A stretch of 64,000 nt of DNA. Source: an uncultured Candidatus Saccharibacteria bacterium. GTDB lineage: Bacteria; Patescibacteriota; Minisyncoccia; Phycocordibacterales; UBA3531. The position numbers and the translations under genes are program-made. Under the pieces are notes generated by a model, which saw nothing but the letters and a program-made list of their open reading frames with translations, was not told the DNA's origin and searched no databases. The DNA lies in contig CAYIAA010000001.1 of assembly GCA_964361405.1 (NCBI GenBank), positions 84,917-148,916 on the forward strand, given 5' to 3'. Of the stretch, positions 10,201 to 19,850 are shown piece after piece (the stretch's first letter is position 1; each line of letters starts with the position of its first letter).

Positions 10201-10601
10201 GTATGGAATCGTCTGGAACAAAAGTATTTGTTCCAGTTTCAGAATTGGAAAGTGCTATTATCGATGCTAAAACTTACAAATTACCACTATTTATTACCTT
10301 CCATAGAATTAGTTCTTTGCCTGGCGATAAGCCAGGATATGAATTGGGCGAATTTAAAAAATTAATTGACTTTATCAAAAAAGAAAATTTAAAAGTAAAA
10401 ACACTTCGTGAATTCGATAGCGATAATGGTATTGAACAAAAATCGTTGATATTCATCGAAAATCAACCGCCACAGTTAAGTGTCGAAATATATATAAAAT
10501 CTGTTTCCATATTTGCTAGAATACAAAATATCATCATCAATAAATGGTTATTCTTTAGAACCATTGGGGATAAGGTCACCCAAGGTTTAAATTTTTTATG
10601 A
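7218..10601 (+). CDS. membrane-anchored fusion: heparinase II/III-like polysaccharide lyase fold (N-terminal about 650 aa) plus NodB-type polysaccharide deacetylase (C-terminal about 270 aa)
   Basis: N-terminal TM (LILIVFTFLTVAG). YNHGLNEAAALY then SPYYHFY about 50 aa later match the Asn-His...Tyr catalytic arrangement of heparinase II / PL15 / PL17 enzymes. The C-terminus has NodB motifs IIVFDDGFES and NHSGHH. Confidence 0.7.
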   Translation: MGKGVNKKFRLIEYVFLILIVFTFLTVAGKYSYKDLYESYKSYNESRRQQTIEIERQAYTCPPGTTTIIVVGGKICRTEVSDSTYKTIFDTYPFKSNGKEQIYEFFSEGDIESANQILANNIPLERYGYTKVSDPMSWTEDPLGDRYWRFLFYGFRPVQHLFFAFDQTNEKKYLKKAEEITLSFIDHGTDKPHAWDDFHAVSFRTMYLIKTWWMLRENNLLTYEVNEKILKTLEAHGDFLADPNHYDKGYNHGLNEAAALYLVAVNFPDFSQAPKWLELSKNRLNDSLITVVDTDGVLIENSPYYHFYTLEKYWELYNFAQKQNFPISDIFNERLQEMISYATYILQPNKEIPLLGASLKRKISYSGIYKDISQSFPELKYVLTNGKEGNKPTKLNITYPESGEVIMRSGWGVGEEFENQTQAIFDFGPYRTLHSDFDALSFSLYANGINLMPDAGLYAYEESDYKNYFHGTASHNTVVVDDLDQTKGTAVRGDFLETKDYVSQSAEHELYKGVSHMRSGTLIGKRYLLILDKLTSNEEHTYKQLFHLFPGARITTSGTSVKVFASSKDGEEEVMNIFQMAPDNISLDTIIGQTSPPRGWCAEEYAKAIPCYSLEYIQKFQNVTYATLIEIGKHDTRLLYSYDGKSIIINDSSQVINIDVTDIEGSYGRVAISNNSPVEIEKSSLNILKPENWEVTEKTKKYGQLIFESDSISFSTNTSGNPFYANIPVQIDLSNKNLLIKMRVVNRYDVNKLDILLSTNNWEGYIRSNLKDSYRKEYDGEWLTISLGKGLQRETGGQWRQYGTGFDWSNINAIRIVLGTEIQKTATLQLADIALIPSQKEGEVIIVFDDGFESILPAVTLMNDYGFKGNIAVIADKVTGNERGYLSLKQLKQIKEELGWDLINHSGHHVSALEAYVKYNDIDGFTEDLLAGAKFLIDNDLNTTPNWYIYPHGATNKAIKDIVGKYYAFARTTINQPEAYPFGDPLGVKTISADGMESSGTKVFVPVSELESAIIDAKTYKLPLFITFHRISSLPGDKPGYELGEFKKLIDFIKKENLKVKTLREFDSDNGIEQKSLIFIENQPPQLSVEIYIKSVSIFARIQNIIINKWLFFRTIGDKVTQGLNFL

Positions 10602-11539
10602 AACTAATTATTATTTTCTTTTTATCTTTTATATTTATTGTGTTTTTATATTCACATCCTAAGATTTTAATGCCAACACACTCAACATCAATCAAAGAAA
10701 AGAATCCAATCCTAGTTTCCCCAAGACCTAGCAATACCCCCGTTGTCACAGATGGGATTAAAATACTCTACCCAACGAAAGAAAATGGACGAGTCTGGTA
10801 TGCAGGGTGGTCAGATAGAGACGCGATAACCTTAAAAAGCGGAAAAAGCGACCCTTCTGACTTAGAATTTATTGCCCGAGGTAATGGAACGGTTTCTATT
10901 GGTGGTGAAGGCATAGCCCACCTTCAAGGGGCTTCTCCAAGAATGTATGTTCTTGATCCTGCAAAAAATAAAAAATGGAACAATGTCGAGGTTACGATAT
11001 ATGGAAAACGTATATCAGAAGCTGGTTTCGAGAGCTCGCAAGGCATAGTAATTGGAGCTAGAAGCGAGCATCAGGATGCAACGAAAGAAACCTCCTGCCT
11101 CGGGTGGACATATTATGGAAGATTACTTTATGATGGGCGTGCAGTTTTTCAGAAAGAAATAATTCATGAGGGAGCATATAGTATAAATAAACCAGAGGAG
11201 AATAATAAAGCGATTTGGGACACTACTGACGGTTCATTGCCGCGGAATAAATGGATCGGGGTAAAGTTTATAGTAAAAACAAATCTCGATAGAAAATCAG
11301 TAAAGTTAGAGCTTTACCGTGATTTAACGGACGGCTATAAGGGAGGAAATTGGGAAAAAGTCGCAGAATATACTGATAGCGGTGATTGGTTTCAAACTGA
11401 TACTGACGCAGACGTGATGGCGGTGTGCGGTTACCCAGCAAGTAAAATACTTTTAGACTCCGGTACTTCTGTTTTTATAAGAAATGATAAGGTTAAAGAT
11501 GTGGAATATAAATTATTCAGTATTAGGGAAATAGAGTAA
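10598..11539 (+). CDS. secreted or membrane-anchored beta-sandwich (concanavalin/jelly-roll-like) protein, possible polysaccharide-binding or lyase
   Basis: N-terminal signal/TM (MKLIIIFFLSFIFIVFLYS) and a beta-rich sequence. ATGA overlap with the upstream gene. Family not identified. Confidence 0.5.
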   Translation: MKLIIIFFLSFIFIVFLYSHPKILMPTHSTSIKEKNPILVSPRPSNTPVVTDGIKILYPTKENGRVWYAGWSDRDAITLKSGKSDPSDLEFIARGNGTVSIGGEGIAHLQGASPRMYVLDPAKNKKWNNVEVTIYGKRISEAGFESSQGIVIGARSEHQDATKETSCLGWTYYGRLLYDGRAVFQKEIIHEGAYSINKPEENNKAIWDTTDGSLPRNKWIGVKFIVKTNLDRKSVKLELYRDLTDGYKGGNWEKVAEYTDSGDWFQTDTDADVMAVCGYPASKILLDSGTSVFIRNDKVKDVEYKLFSIREIE

Positions 11540-11657
11540 TTACAAATTGAGTCCAAAGCAAGCAGTGGTGAGGAGGCTTTCATTAGTTAGGAATTTTTGA
11601 TAAAGTAGATTCTAACACAGTCATAAAGATACTTGTGATAAATCTAATAACATTCAT

Positions 11658-12173
11658 ATGGTTAATGTAGGAACACAGGCACCAGATTTTGAACTCGAGG
11701 GAGTGAAGGATGGCACATTCGCGAAGTATGCCCTTAAAAATTTCAAGGGGAAGTGGCTTGTGATATTTTTCTATCCACTCGACTTTACTTTTGTCTGCCC
11801 GACGGAAATCAGAGAATTTTCGAAACATACATCTGACTTTAAAAAGGCAAAAGCTGAAATAGTGGGAGTCTCTGTCGATTCCGTGCATTCGCACAAGGCA
11901 TGGATTGAGCACTCGCTGGGAAAGATTCATTTCCCACTCCTTTCTGATTTTCATAAAACTATGTCTACGGACTATGGAGTTCTAATTCCCGAAGAGGGTG
12001 TATCACTACGTGGGACTTTCATTGTTGACCCAAAGGGAATAATTCGACACATTACTATATCGGATAATGATGTTGGGCGAAGTGTTTCAGAAACGCTTCG
12101 GGTTGTGAAGGCATTACAGACAGGCCGCCTTTGCCCTGTTGAATGGAAACCTGGCGAGAAAACTCTTTCATAA
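11658..12173 (+). CDS. 2-Cys peroxiredoxin (AhpC/TSA family)
   Basis: Peroxidatic Cys motif FTFVCPTEI and resolving Cys near the C-terminus (GRLCPVEW). Confidence 0.85.
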   Translation: MVNVGTQAPDFELEGVKDGTFAKYALKNFKGKWLVIFFYPLDFTFVCPTEIREFSKHTSDFKKAKAEIVGVSVDSVHSHKAWIEHSLGKIHFPLLSDFHKTMSTDYGVLIPEEGVSLRGTFIVDPKGIIRHITISDNDVGRSVSETLRVVKALQTGRLCPVEWKPGEKTLS

Positions 12174-12239
12174 TTTTTACATCGATTCACAAAAAAGCTC
12201 TTTACCAAGGGCTTTTTTGAATGTATAGTTGAGCTACTT

Positions 12240-12980
12240 ATGCATATTGAGAAAATCCAGCGGAATGGTCACCTTCATCCACTCACCCTAATTATTAGGG
12301 ACTTGCTCGAAATATTTATTTCCCTTGGTTTTTCTATAGCCGAGAGTCCGGAACTTGAAAGCGAGCATTATAATTTTGATGTATTAAATATTCCCAAAAA
12401 TCATCCAGCTCGCGATATGCAAGATACTTTTTGGATTAAGGGGAGGAAAGACACCGTTCTTCGTACCCATGTATCAAATACACAAGTTCGTTACATGGAG
12501 AATAATAAACCGCCACTGCGAATTGTCTATTTCGGAAAAGTGTTCCGCAGTGAAGCAACCGACGCTACGCACGAAGCGCAATTTCGTCAATTTGAGGCGC
12601 TTGCCGTGGGGGAAGATATCACACTCGGTAATTTGAAATGGACACTTGAGCTTTTTCTAAAAAAACTTTTTGGCGAAAATGCTGAAATCAGGATTCGCCC
12701 TGGATATTTTCCATTTGTTGAACCAGGTCTCGAAGCGGATGTCGCGTGTTTTAAATGCGCTGGGAGAGGTTGCGGGCTCTGCAAGCACACTGGTTGGATT
12801 GAAGTATTGGGGGCAGGTATGGTGCACCCGAAAGTACTTGAAGCGGGAGGTATTGATAGCACGAAGTGGCGGGGGTTTGCATTTGGAGCCGGGTGGGAAC
12901 GCATAGCAATGCTCAAATACGGCATTGATGACATCCGACTTTTTTCTTCGGGTGACTTGCGGCTCGTGAATCAATTTTAA
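12240..12980 (+). CDS. pheS: phenylalanine--tRNA ligase alpha subunit (short form lacking N-terminal extension)
   Basis: Class II core motifs (FRSEATDATHEAQFRQFE; GAGWERIAM); immediately followed by pheT. Confidence 0.85.
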   Translation: MHIEKIQRNGHLHPLTLIIRDLLEIFISLGFSIAESPELESEHYNFDVLNIPKNHPARDMQDTFWIKGRKDTVLRTHVSNTQVRYMENNKPPLRIVYFGKVFRSEATDATHEAQFRQFEALAVGEDITLGNLKWTLELFLKKLFGENAEIRIRPGYFPFVEPGLEADVACFKCAGRGCGLCKHTGWIEVLGAGMVHPKVLEAGGIDSTKWRGFAFGAGWERIAMLKYGIDDIRLFSSGDLRLVNQF

Positions 12981-12984
12981 CAAA

Positions 12985-14931
12985 ATGGAGATACGTTTCT
13001 CTTATTCAGTATTAGCGTCACTTTTCGATGGAGCACTTCCGTCCGTTAAAGAACTTGAGCACCTTCTAACGCTACATTCATTTGAAGTTACATCAGTTTT
13101 AGAAGATAAGAATGATTCATATATCACAATCGATATTCTTCCAAATCGAGCTCATGACTGCCTAGGATATTATTTTTTGGCAAAGGAAATATCTGTACTC
13201 ACTGGGATTACATTAAAACCGCTTCCGTTTGAAAAAAAAGAAAGTAGCGCAGGTGTAGAGGTTACATTTCCATCGGTTACAGTGTCCACACCTCTGTGCA
13301 GGCGGTATATCAGTCGAAGAATAAATTCAGTGAGTGTAGGAGAAAGTCCAGCATGGCTCCGCGACGCGCTTCTGACAATGGGGCAGAAATCAATCAATAA
13401 CATAGTCGATGCGACGAATTACGTGATGTGGATTACGAATCAGCCTCTACACGCCTTTGACGCCGCGAAAGTCGTCGATTCTGCGATAACCATTCGTTTT
13501 GCAAAAAAAGGTGAGAGTATACTAACGCTGGACGGGAAAAGAATTGAACTTGATACGACCACGCTTACTATAGCTGATCCAGATGGCCCTCTCGCTATAG
13601 CAGGAGTCAAAGGTGGAGTACGGGCCGAAATTACTAGAGAGACCTCGGATATCATTCTTGAGTCCGCAAATTTCGACTCTGTATCAGTGAGAAAGGCTTC
13701 GCAGAAGATTGGCATACGAACCGAATCATCCAAGCGTTTTGAGCACGAAATATCACCAGAACTTGCGGCACTCGGAATGGATTTTGTTACAGACCTTATT
13801 CTCAAAGTCGGAGGATCAGGTGAGACGCGCATAAGTGATGTGGTAGATGTTTACGCGAATAAGGATGAATCACGTAGCATTATACTCTCTCCAGAGAGAG
13901 TAAATCGCATCTTGGGTACTGAATTTTCCGACAAAGATATTACGGAAATTCTCGACCGACTCGATTTTAAGGTTGACAGAGAGGGGGAATCGTATCAGGT
14001 TCAAATCCCTAGTGAACGGATCGATATTCAAATCGAGGCAGACCTCATTGAGGAAGTGGGGCGAGTATGGGGCTATGACAAAATAAAGGGCACTCCTCTT
14101 TCTCTATGGGGAATGGAGCCAAATCTGGGAAAAAACTATTTTTACCGCGCAAAAATAGAAGATATTTTGGTTAATAGTGGTTTTTCGCAAATTGAGATGT
14201 ATTCACTGGTGCCGAAAGGTGACATAGAAATTGAGAATCCACTAGCGGAAGATAAAAATTTTTTACGGAACAATCTGAAAGATGGGGTATTGCTTGCACT
14301 CCGGCATAATGCGCAGTATGGCGACCTCTTAGGAGTTCCGCGGGTGAAGGTTTTTGAAATCGGGACAATATTTAAGAAAAGTGCCGAGAGGGTTTCGTTT
14401 GCGCTGGGAATACGAAACACGAAACTCTATAGGGGCAAAGAAAAAGAATCCGTAGAACTCAAAAATATACTCAATTTCCTTGCGGAAAAATTAGGCATCC
14501 CTGAAGAAAAATTGGCGTCCTATACTGAAGTGCTTGAGTCGGAAGAGGGTGTAATCGCGGAAATTGGTTTCGAAGAACTTATTGCTTCTCTTCCTAACCC
14601 CTCTTCATATAAGGACGTTCTTCGGGTGGAGAGTCCTACGCACCGTTTTGTATCTCTTTCTCCATTCCCGTTTATTTCTCGGGATATTGCTCTCTTCGTA
14701 CCCGAAGGAACGGAAAAGGAACTCATCGAAAAAAGTATTGTTGAGGAGGGCGGTTTTCTTCTTGTTCGGCAAACATTATTCGATGTTTTTGAAAAAGAAG
14801 GAAAGATGTCATACGCCTATCGACTGGCTTTTCAAGCAACAGACCGCACACTCACTGATACGGAGATAAACAATATCATGAAACGCGTAACGGCGCGGCT
14901 TGAAGGTAACCCTGGTTGGCAGGTGAGGTAA
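12985..14931 (+). CDS. pheT: phenylalanine--tRNA ligase beta subunit (reduced-domain form)
   Basis: B3/4 and B5-like regions and C-terminal FDX-ACB-like domain. Operon partner of pheS. Confidence 0.85.
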   Translation: MEIRFSYSVLASLFDGALPSVKELEHLLTLHSFEVTSVLEDKNDSYITIDILPNRAHDCLGYYFLAKEISVLTGITLKPLPFEKKESSAGVEVTFPSVTVSTPLCRRYISRRINSVSVGESPAWLRDALLTMGQKSINNIVDATNYVMWITNQPLHAFDAAKVVDSAITIRFAKKGESILTLDGKRIELDTTTLTIADPDGPLAIAGVKGGVRAEITRETSDIILESANFDSVSVRKASQKIGIRTESSKRFEHEISPELAALGMDFVTDLILKVGGSGETRISDVVDVYANKDESRSIILSPERVNRILGTEFSDKDITEILDRLDFKVDREGESYQVQIPSERIDIQIEADLIEEVGRVWGYDKIKGTPLSLWGMEPNLGKNYFYRAKIEDILVNSGFSQIEMYSLVPKGDIEIENPLAEDKNFLRNNLKDGVLLALRHNAQYGDLLGVPRVKVFEIGTIFKKSAERVSFALGIRNTKLYRGKEKESVELKNILNFLAEKLGIPEEKLASYTEVLESEEGVIAEIGFEELIASLPNPSSYKDVLRVESPTHRFVSLSPFPFISRDIALFVPEGTEKELIEKSIVEEGGFLLVRQTLFDVFEKEGKMSYAYRLAFQATDRTLTDTEINNIMKRVTARLEGNPGWQVR

Positions 14932-14940
14932 AAGTCGCCA

Positions 14941-15059
14941 ACATTGTTTTTGAGAAACACTCGACCCGCTCCGGCGGCGGGTCTCATTCGTCCTCACGCG
15001 TCGTCTCGCAATTTGCGAGTCCAAGCACGCCGTGTTCCGGATGTTCTCAAAAACAATGT
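14941..15059. repeat. 120-bp element bounded by 16-bp perfect inverted repeats (acattgtttttgagaa / ttctcaaaaacaatgt) with internal GC-rich hairpin and a 15-bp palindrome CTCGCAATTTGCGAG; structured RNA or MITE-like
   Basis: IR arms at 14941-14956 and 15044-15059. Internal stem gacccgc/gcgggtc at 14963-14983. Palindrome at 15005-15019. Lies between the pheT stop and the gyrB start. Confidence 0.5.
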
Positions 15060-15205
15060 ATGGCTCGAAGGTTGGAAATAACTCACGAATGTTCCAAAAA
15101 ATGACGCCAGATTCGTCTACTTGCGGAAACGCAGTCTCGTCCTCGGCATCTTTTTTGACCAAGTAAGGGGGGCTTTTCCACACCCAAATACCACTAGATT
15201 TATGA

Positions 15206-17293
<2,088 letters not shown>

Positions 17294-17302
17294 TATCTTA
17301 AA

Positions 17303-17500
17303 ATGAGGTACGCGCCGCTAGGATTGGGACTTATTGGGCTCTTGGTAACTATGGCGATTGCCGTATATCTCTTGGAATTAAATTTGTCGTCTTTTACGGG
17401 TGCTCGATCTGAGAGCGGGACTGATGTAAAATACGGGAATGTTATAGAAGAAGTAGATATGCTGAAACAGGAAATTGAACGCACGCACGGAATTGAGTAA
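17303..17500 (+). CDS. small hypothetical membrane protein (65 aa)
   Basis: Single predicted TM helix; tightly packed between gyrB and the PPIase gene. Confidence 0.35.
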   Translation: MRYAPLGLGLIGLLVTMAIAVYLLELNLSSFTGARSESGTDVKYGNVIEEVDMLKQEIERTHGIE

Positions 17501-17506
17501 AATAAC

Positions 17507-18100
17507 ATGCAAAATACATACACGCTAGGAATAGTGGCAATCGTAATCTTAACGTTAGTGATTATAGGCGTACAGTACATGTCAAAAGATAACGAATCGG
17601 GAGAAGGGATTCAGACCATCGTCATATTGAAAACAAATATGGGTGATGTCACTCTAGAACTTTTTCCGGCTGATGCACCGAAGACGGTAGAAAACTTTAT
17701 CACGCTCTCACAGAGGGGATTTTATGACGGGACAAAATTCCACCGTGTTATCAAGGATTTCATGATTCAAGGCGGGGATCCGAACTCAAAAGACGATGAT
17801 TGGTCTAATGACGGCACCGGAGGCCCGGGTTATATGTTCCCGGACGAGATTAACGAGCATAAGGTTCTCTACGGCGCACTTGCTATGGCAAATGCCGGGC
17901 CGAATACGAACGGGAGCCAGTTTTTCATCGTAACTAGAGAGTCGGCGCCTTGGCTTGATGGCCTCCACACGGTTTTCGGCCGCGTAATCGAAGGAATGGA
18001 CACGGTTACCAAGATTGAAAATCTCCCGACGACTGGGAATCCCACCAACCATCCAACCGAGGACGCCGTGATTGAAAGTGTTGTAATCCGGACGGAGTAA
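17507..18100 (+). CDS. peptidyl-prolyl cis-trans isomerase, cyclophilin type, with N-terminal membrane anchor
   Basis: [15 protein letters not shown] and GSQFFI cyclophilin signatures. Confidence 0.85.
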   Translation: MQNTYTLGIVAIVILTLVIIGVQYMSKDNESGEGIQTIVILKTNMGDVTLELFPADAPKTVENFITLSQRGFYDGTKFHRVIKDFMIQGGDPNSKDDDWSNDGTGGPGYMFPDEINEHKVLYGALAMANAGPNTNGSQFFIVTRESAPWLDGLHTVFGRVIEGMDTVTKIENLPTTGNPTNHPTEDAVIESVVIRTE

Positions 18101-19846
18101 TCAGACTCTCTTTTCCTCTACTTCTTTTCCGAGAGATTCGATGAGCGCTCTTAAAGAGAAGGACTCTGACTTTTTGCCGCTTCTCGATTCTACGGTCACT
18201 GTGCCATTTTTTTCCTCGCGTTCACCAAGAACGAGGAAATAAGGAACTTTCTCGAGTTTTGCATTCCTGATTTTTTTGCCGAGTGTTTCATCCGTGACAT
18301 CGATTTCCGACCGGATACCGGCGTCTTTGAGCTTTTTATGCACCTCCTTGGCATAGGTACTTTGTAGAGCTCCGACTGAGAGCACTTTTACCTGGACAGG
18401 CGAGAGCCAAAGCGGAAATGCTCCGCCAAAGTGCTCGATTAGGACTGCAAGGTAGCGCTCGATTGAGCCCATAATGGCAGCGTGTATCATCACAATTCTC
18501 TCTGGTTTACCTTCTTCATTCACGCATGAGAGGTCGAAGCGCTCGGGAAGGTTCATGTCAAGCTGAATTGTCGCGACTTGCCATTCCCGCCCGAGAGAGT
18601 CCGTTGACATGAAATCAATCTTCGGGCCGTAAAAACTTGCTTCACCCAATCCTTCAGTCGCTTGTACTTTGTGCTCTTTCACAATCTCACGGAGTTTTCC
18701 TTCCGCGTCATTCCATGTTTCTCTACTTCCGAGGTATTCCTCCGGAGATTTCGGATCGTGGAGCGAGAGGCGGATCGAGAGAGGGAATCCTGAAGCTTTG
18801 TTGAAAGATTCCACAATGTCCCAAACGTTTTCTATTTCATTCTTTATGTCATTACTCCGACAAAATACATGTGCATCGTCTTGCGTAAATGCCCGCACTC
18901 GCGCGAGACCAGAAAGCTCACCACTCTGCTCATCTCGATAGACTTTCGTCGTCGATGCGTAGCGCACCGGCAGTTCGCGATAGCTCCACTGTTTTCTTGC
19001 GTAGATTTGTATATGGTGCGGGCAATTCATCGGTTTCAACGCCAACACATGTTTTTCCCGAGTTGTTATCGTGAAGAGTTGGTCTTTGAATTTGTCCCAG
19101 TGACCACTTTTCTCGTAGAGCTCCTTTCGCGTTAAGTGAGGAATGTCAACGCGCTCATAGCCAGATTTTTTCCGGAGTTCCCAGACGAAGTCATCGAGGG
19201 TATTTCGAAGGATTGTGCCCTTGGGGGTAAAGAGCGGAAGCCCGCCGCCAACGAGCGGCGAGAAAAAAAAGAGATCGAGTTCTTTCCCGAGTTTTCGGTG
19301 ATCACGCTCCTTAGCGGATTCCAATTGTAGAAGATGGGCGTTTAATTCTTCGGCGCTTGGAAAGACGGTTCCATAGATTCGCGTCAGCATCGTATTTTTC
19401 TCGTTTCCACGCCAATATGCCCCTGCTACGGAGAGAAGTTTGAAATGCGTGAGAGTGTGCTCTGGATCTTCTACATGCCCGCCTCTACAGAGATCGCTGT
19501 ATTCGCCGGATTGATAGATGGTGAGCTCCGCGCTATCTTTTGAGAATTCTTCTATCAATTCTCGCTTATAGGGATTATCGGGAAAAAGTGCGAGTGCTTC
19601 TTCTTTCGTGACTGTCTTTTTTACAAATCCTTTCCACGTCGAGAGAAGCTCGCGCATTTTTTTCTCGATTTTTGGAAGGTCGGCGTCGGAAATGGGCTGA
19701 GAAAACTCAAAATCGTAGTAGAAACCGTTTTTAATGGGGGGTCCGATAGCGCGCCGAGTGTCGGGCCAGAGATCGAGAACTGCCGCGGCAAGGAGATGTG
19801 CGGCGCTGTGGTGGAGGTCGTCCTTAGTTTGGGGCATACGCTCCAC
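18101..19846 (-). CDS. thrS: threonine--tRNA ligase (lacks N-terminal TGS domain)
   Basis: HSAAHLLAAAV...NGFYYDFEF second-additional-domain motif and class II core. Begins at the region equivalent to about residue 70 of E. coli ThrRS. Confidence 0.9.
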   Translation of the reverse strand: MERMPQTKDDLHHSAAHLLAAAVLDLWPDTRRAIGPPIKNGFYYDFEFSQPISDADLPKIEKKMRELLSTWKGFVKKTVTKEEALALFPDNPYKRELIEEFSKDSAELTIYQSGEYSDLCRGGHVEDPEHTLTHFKLLSVAGAYWRGNEKNTMLTRIYGTVFPSAEELNAHLLQLESAKERDHRKLGKELDLFFFSPLVGGGLPLFTPKGTILRNTLDDFVWELRKKSGYERVDIPHLTRKELYEKSGHWDKFKDQLFTITTREKHVLALKPMNCPHHIQIYARKQWSYRELPVRYASTTKVYRDEQSGELSGLARVRAFTQDDAHVFCRSNDIKNEIENVWDIVESFNKASGFPLSIRLSLHDPKSPEEYLGSRETWNDAEGKLREIVKEHKVQATEGLGEASFYGPKIDFMSTDSLGREWQVATIQLDMNLPERFDLSCVNEEGKPERIVMIHAAIMGSIERYLAVLIEHFGGAFPLWLSPVQVKVLSVGALQSTYAKEVHKKLKDAGIRSEIDVTDETLGKKIRNAKLEKVPYFLVLGEREEKNGTVTVESRSGKKSESFSLRALIESLGKEVEEKRV

Positions 19847-19850
19847 TATA

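Larger units (their letters stand above)
3779..11540. other. low-GC genomic island (polysaccharide synthesis/remodelling genes) adjacent to tRNA-Thr, HNH endonuclease and a tRNA fragment
   Basis: By eye GC drops from about 50% in the flanking core genes to roughly the mid-30s % here. Boundaries coincide with tRNA/HNH on the left and the peroxiredoxin gene on the right. Confidence 0.5.

Noticed and set aside
11583-11954. Minus-strand 123-aa ORF overlapping the peroxiredoxin gene start
   Set aside because: Overlaps a well-supported plus-strand gene; no motifs.
14809-15183. Minus-strand 124-aa ORF spanning the pheT 3' end and the pheT-gyrB spacer
   Set aside because: Overlaps pheT; the spacer is better explained by the inverted-repeat structured element. 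No homology.
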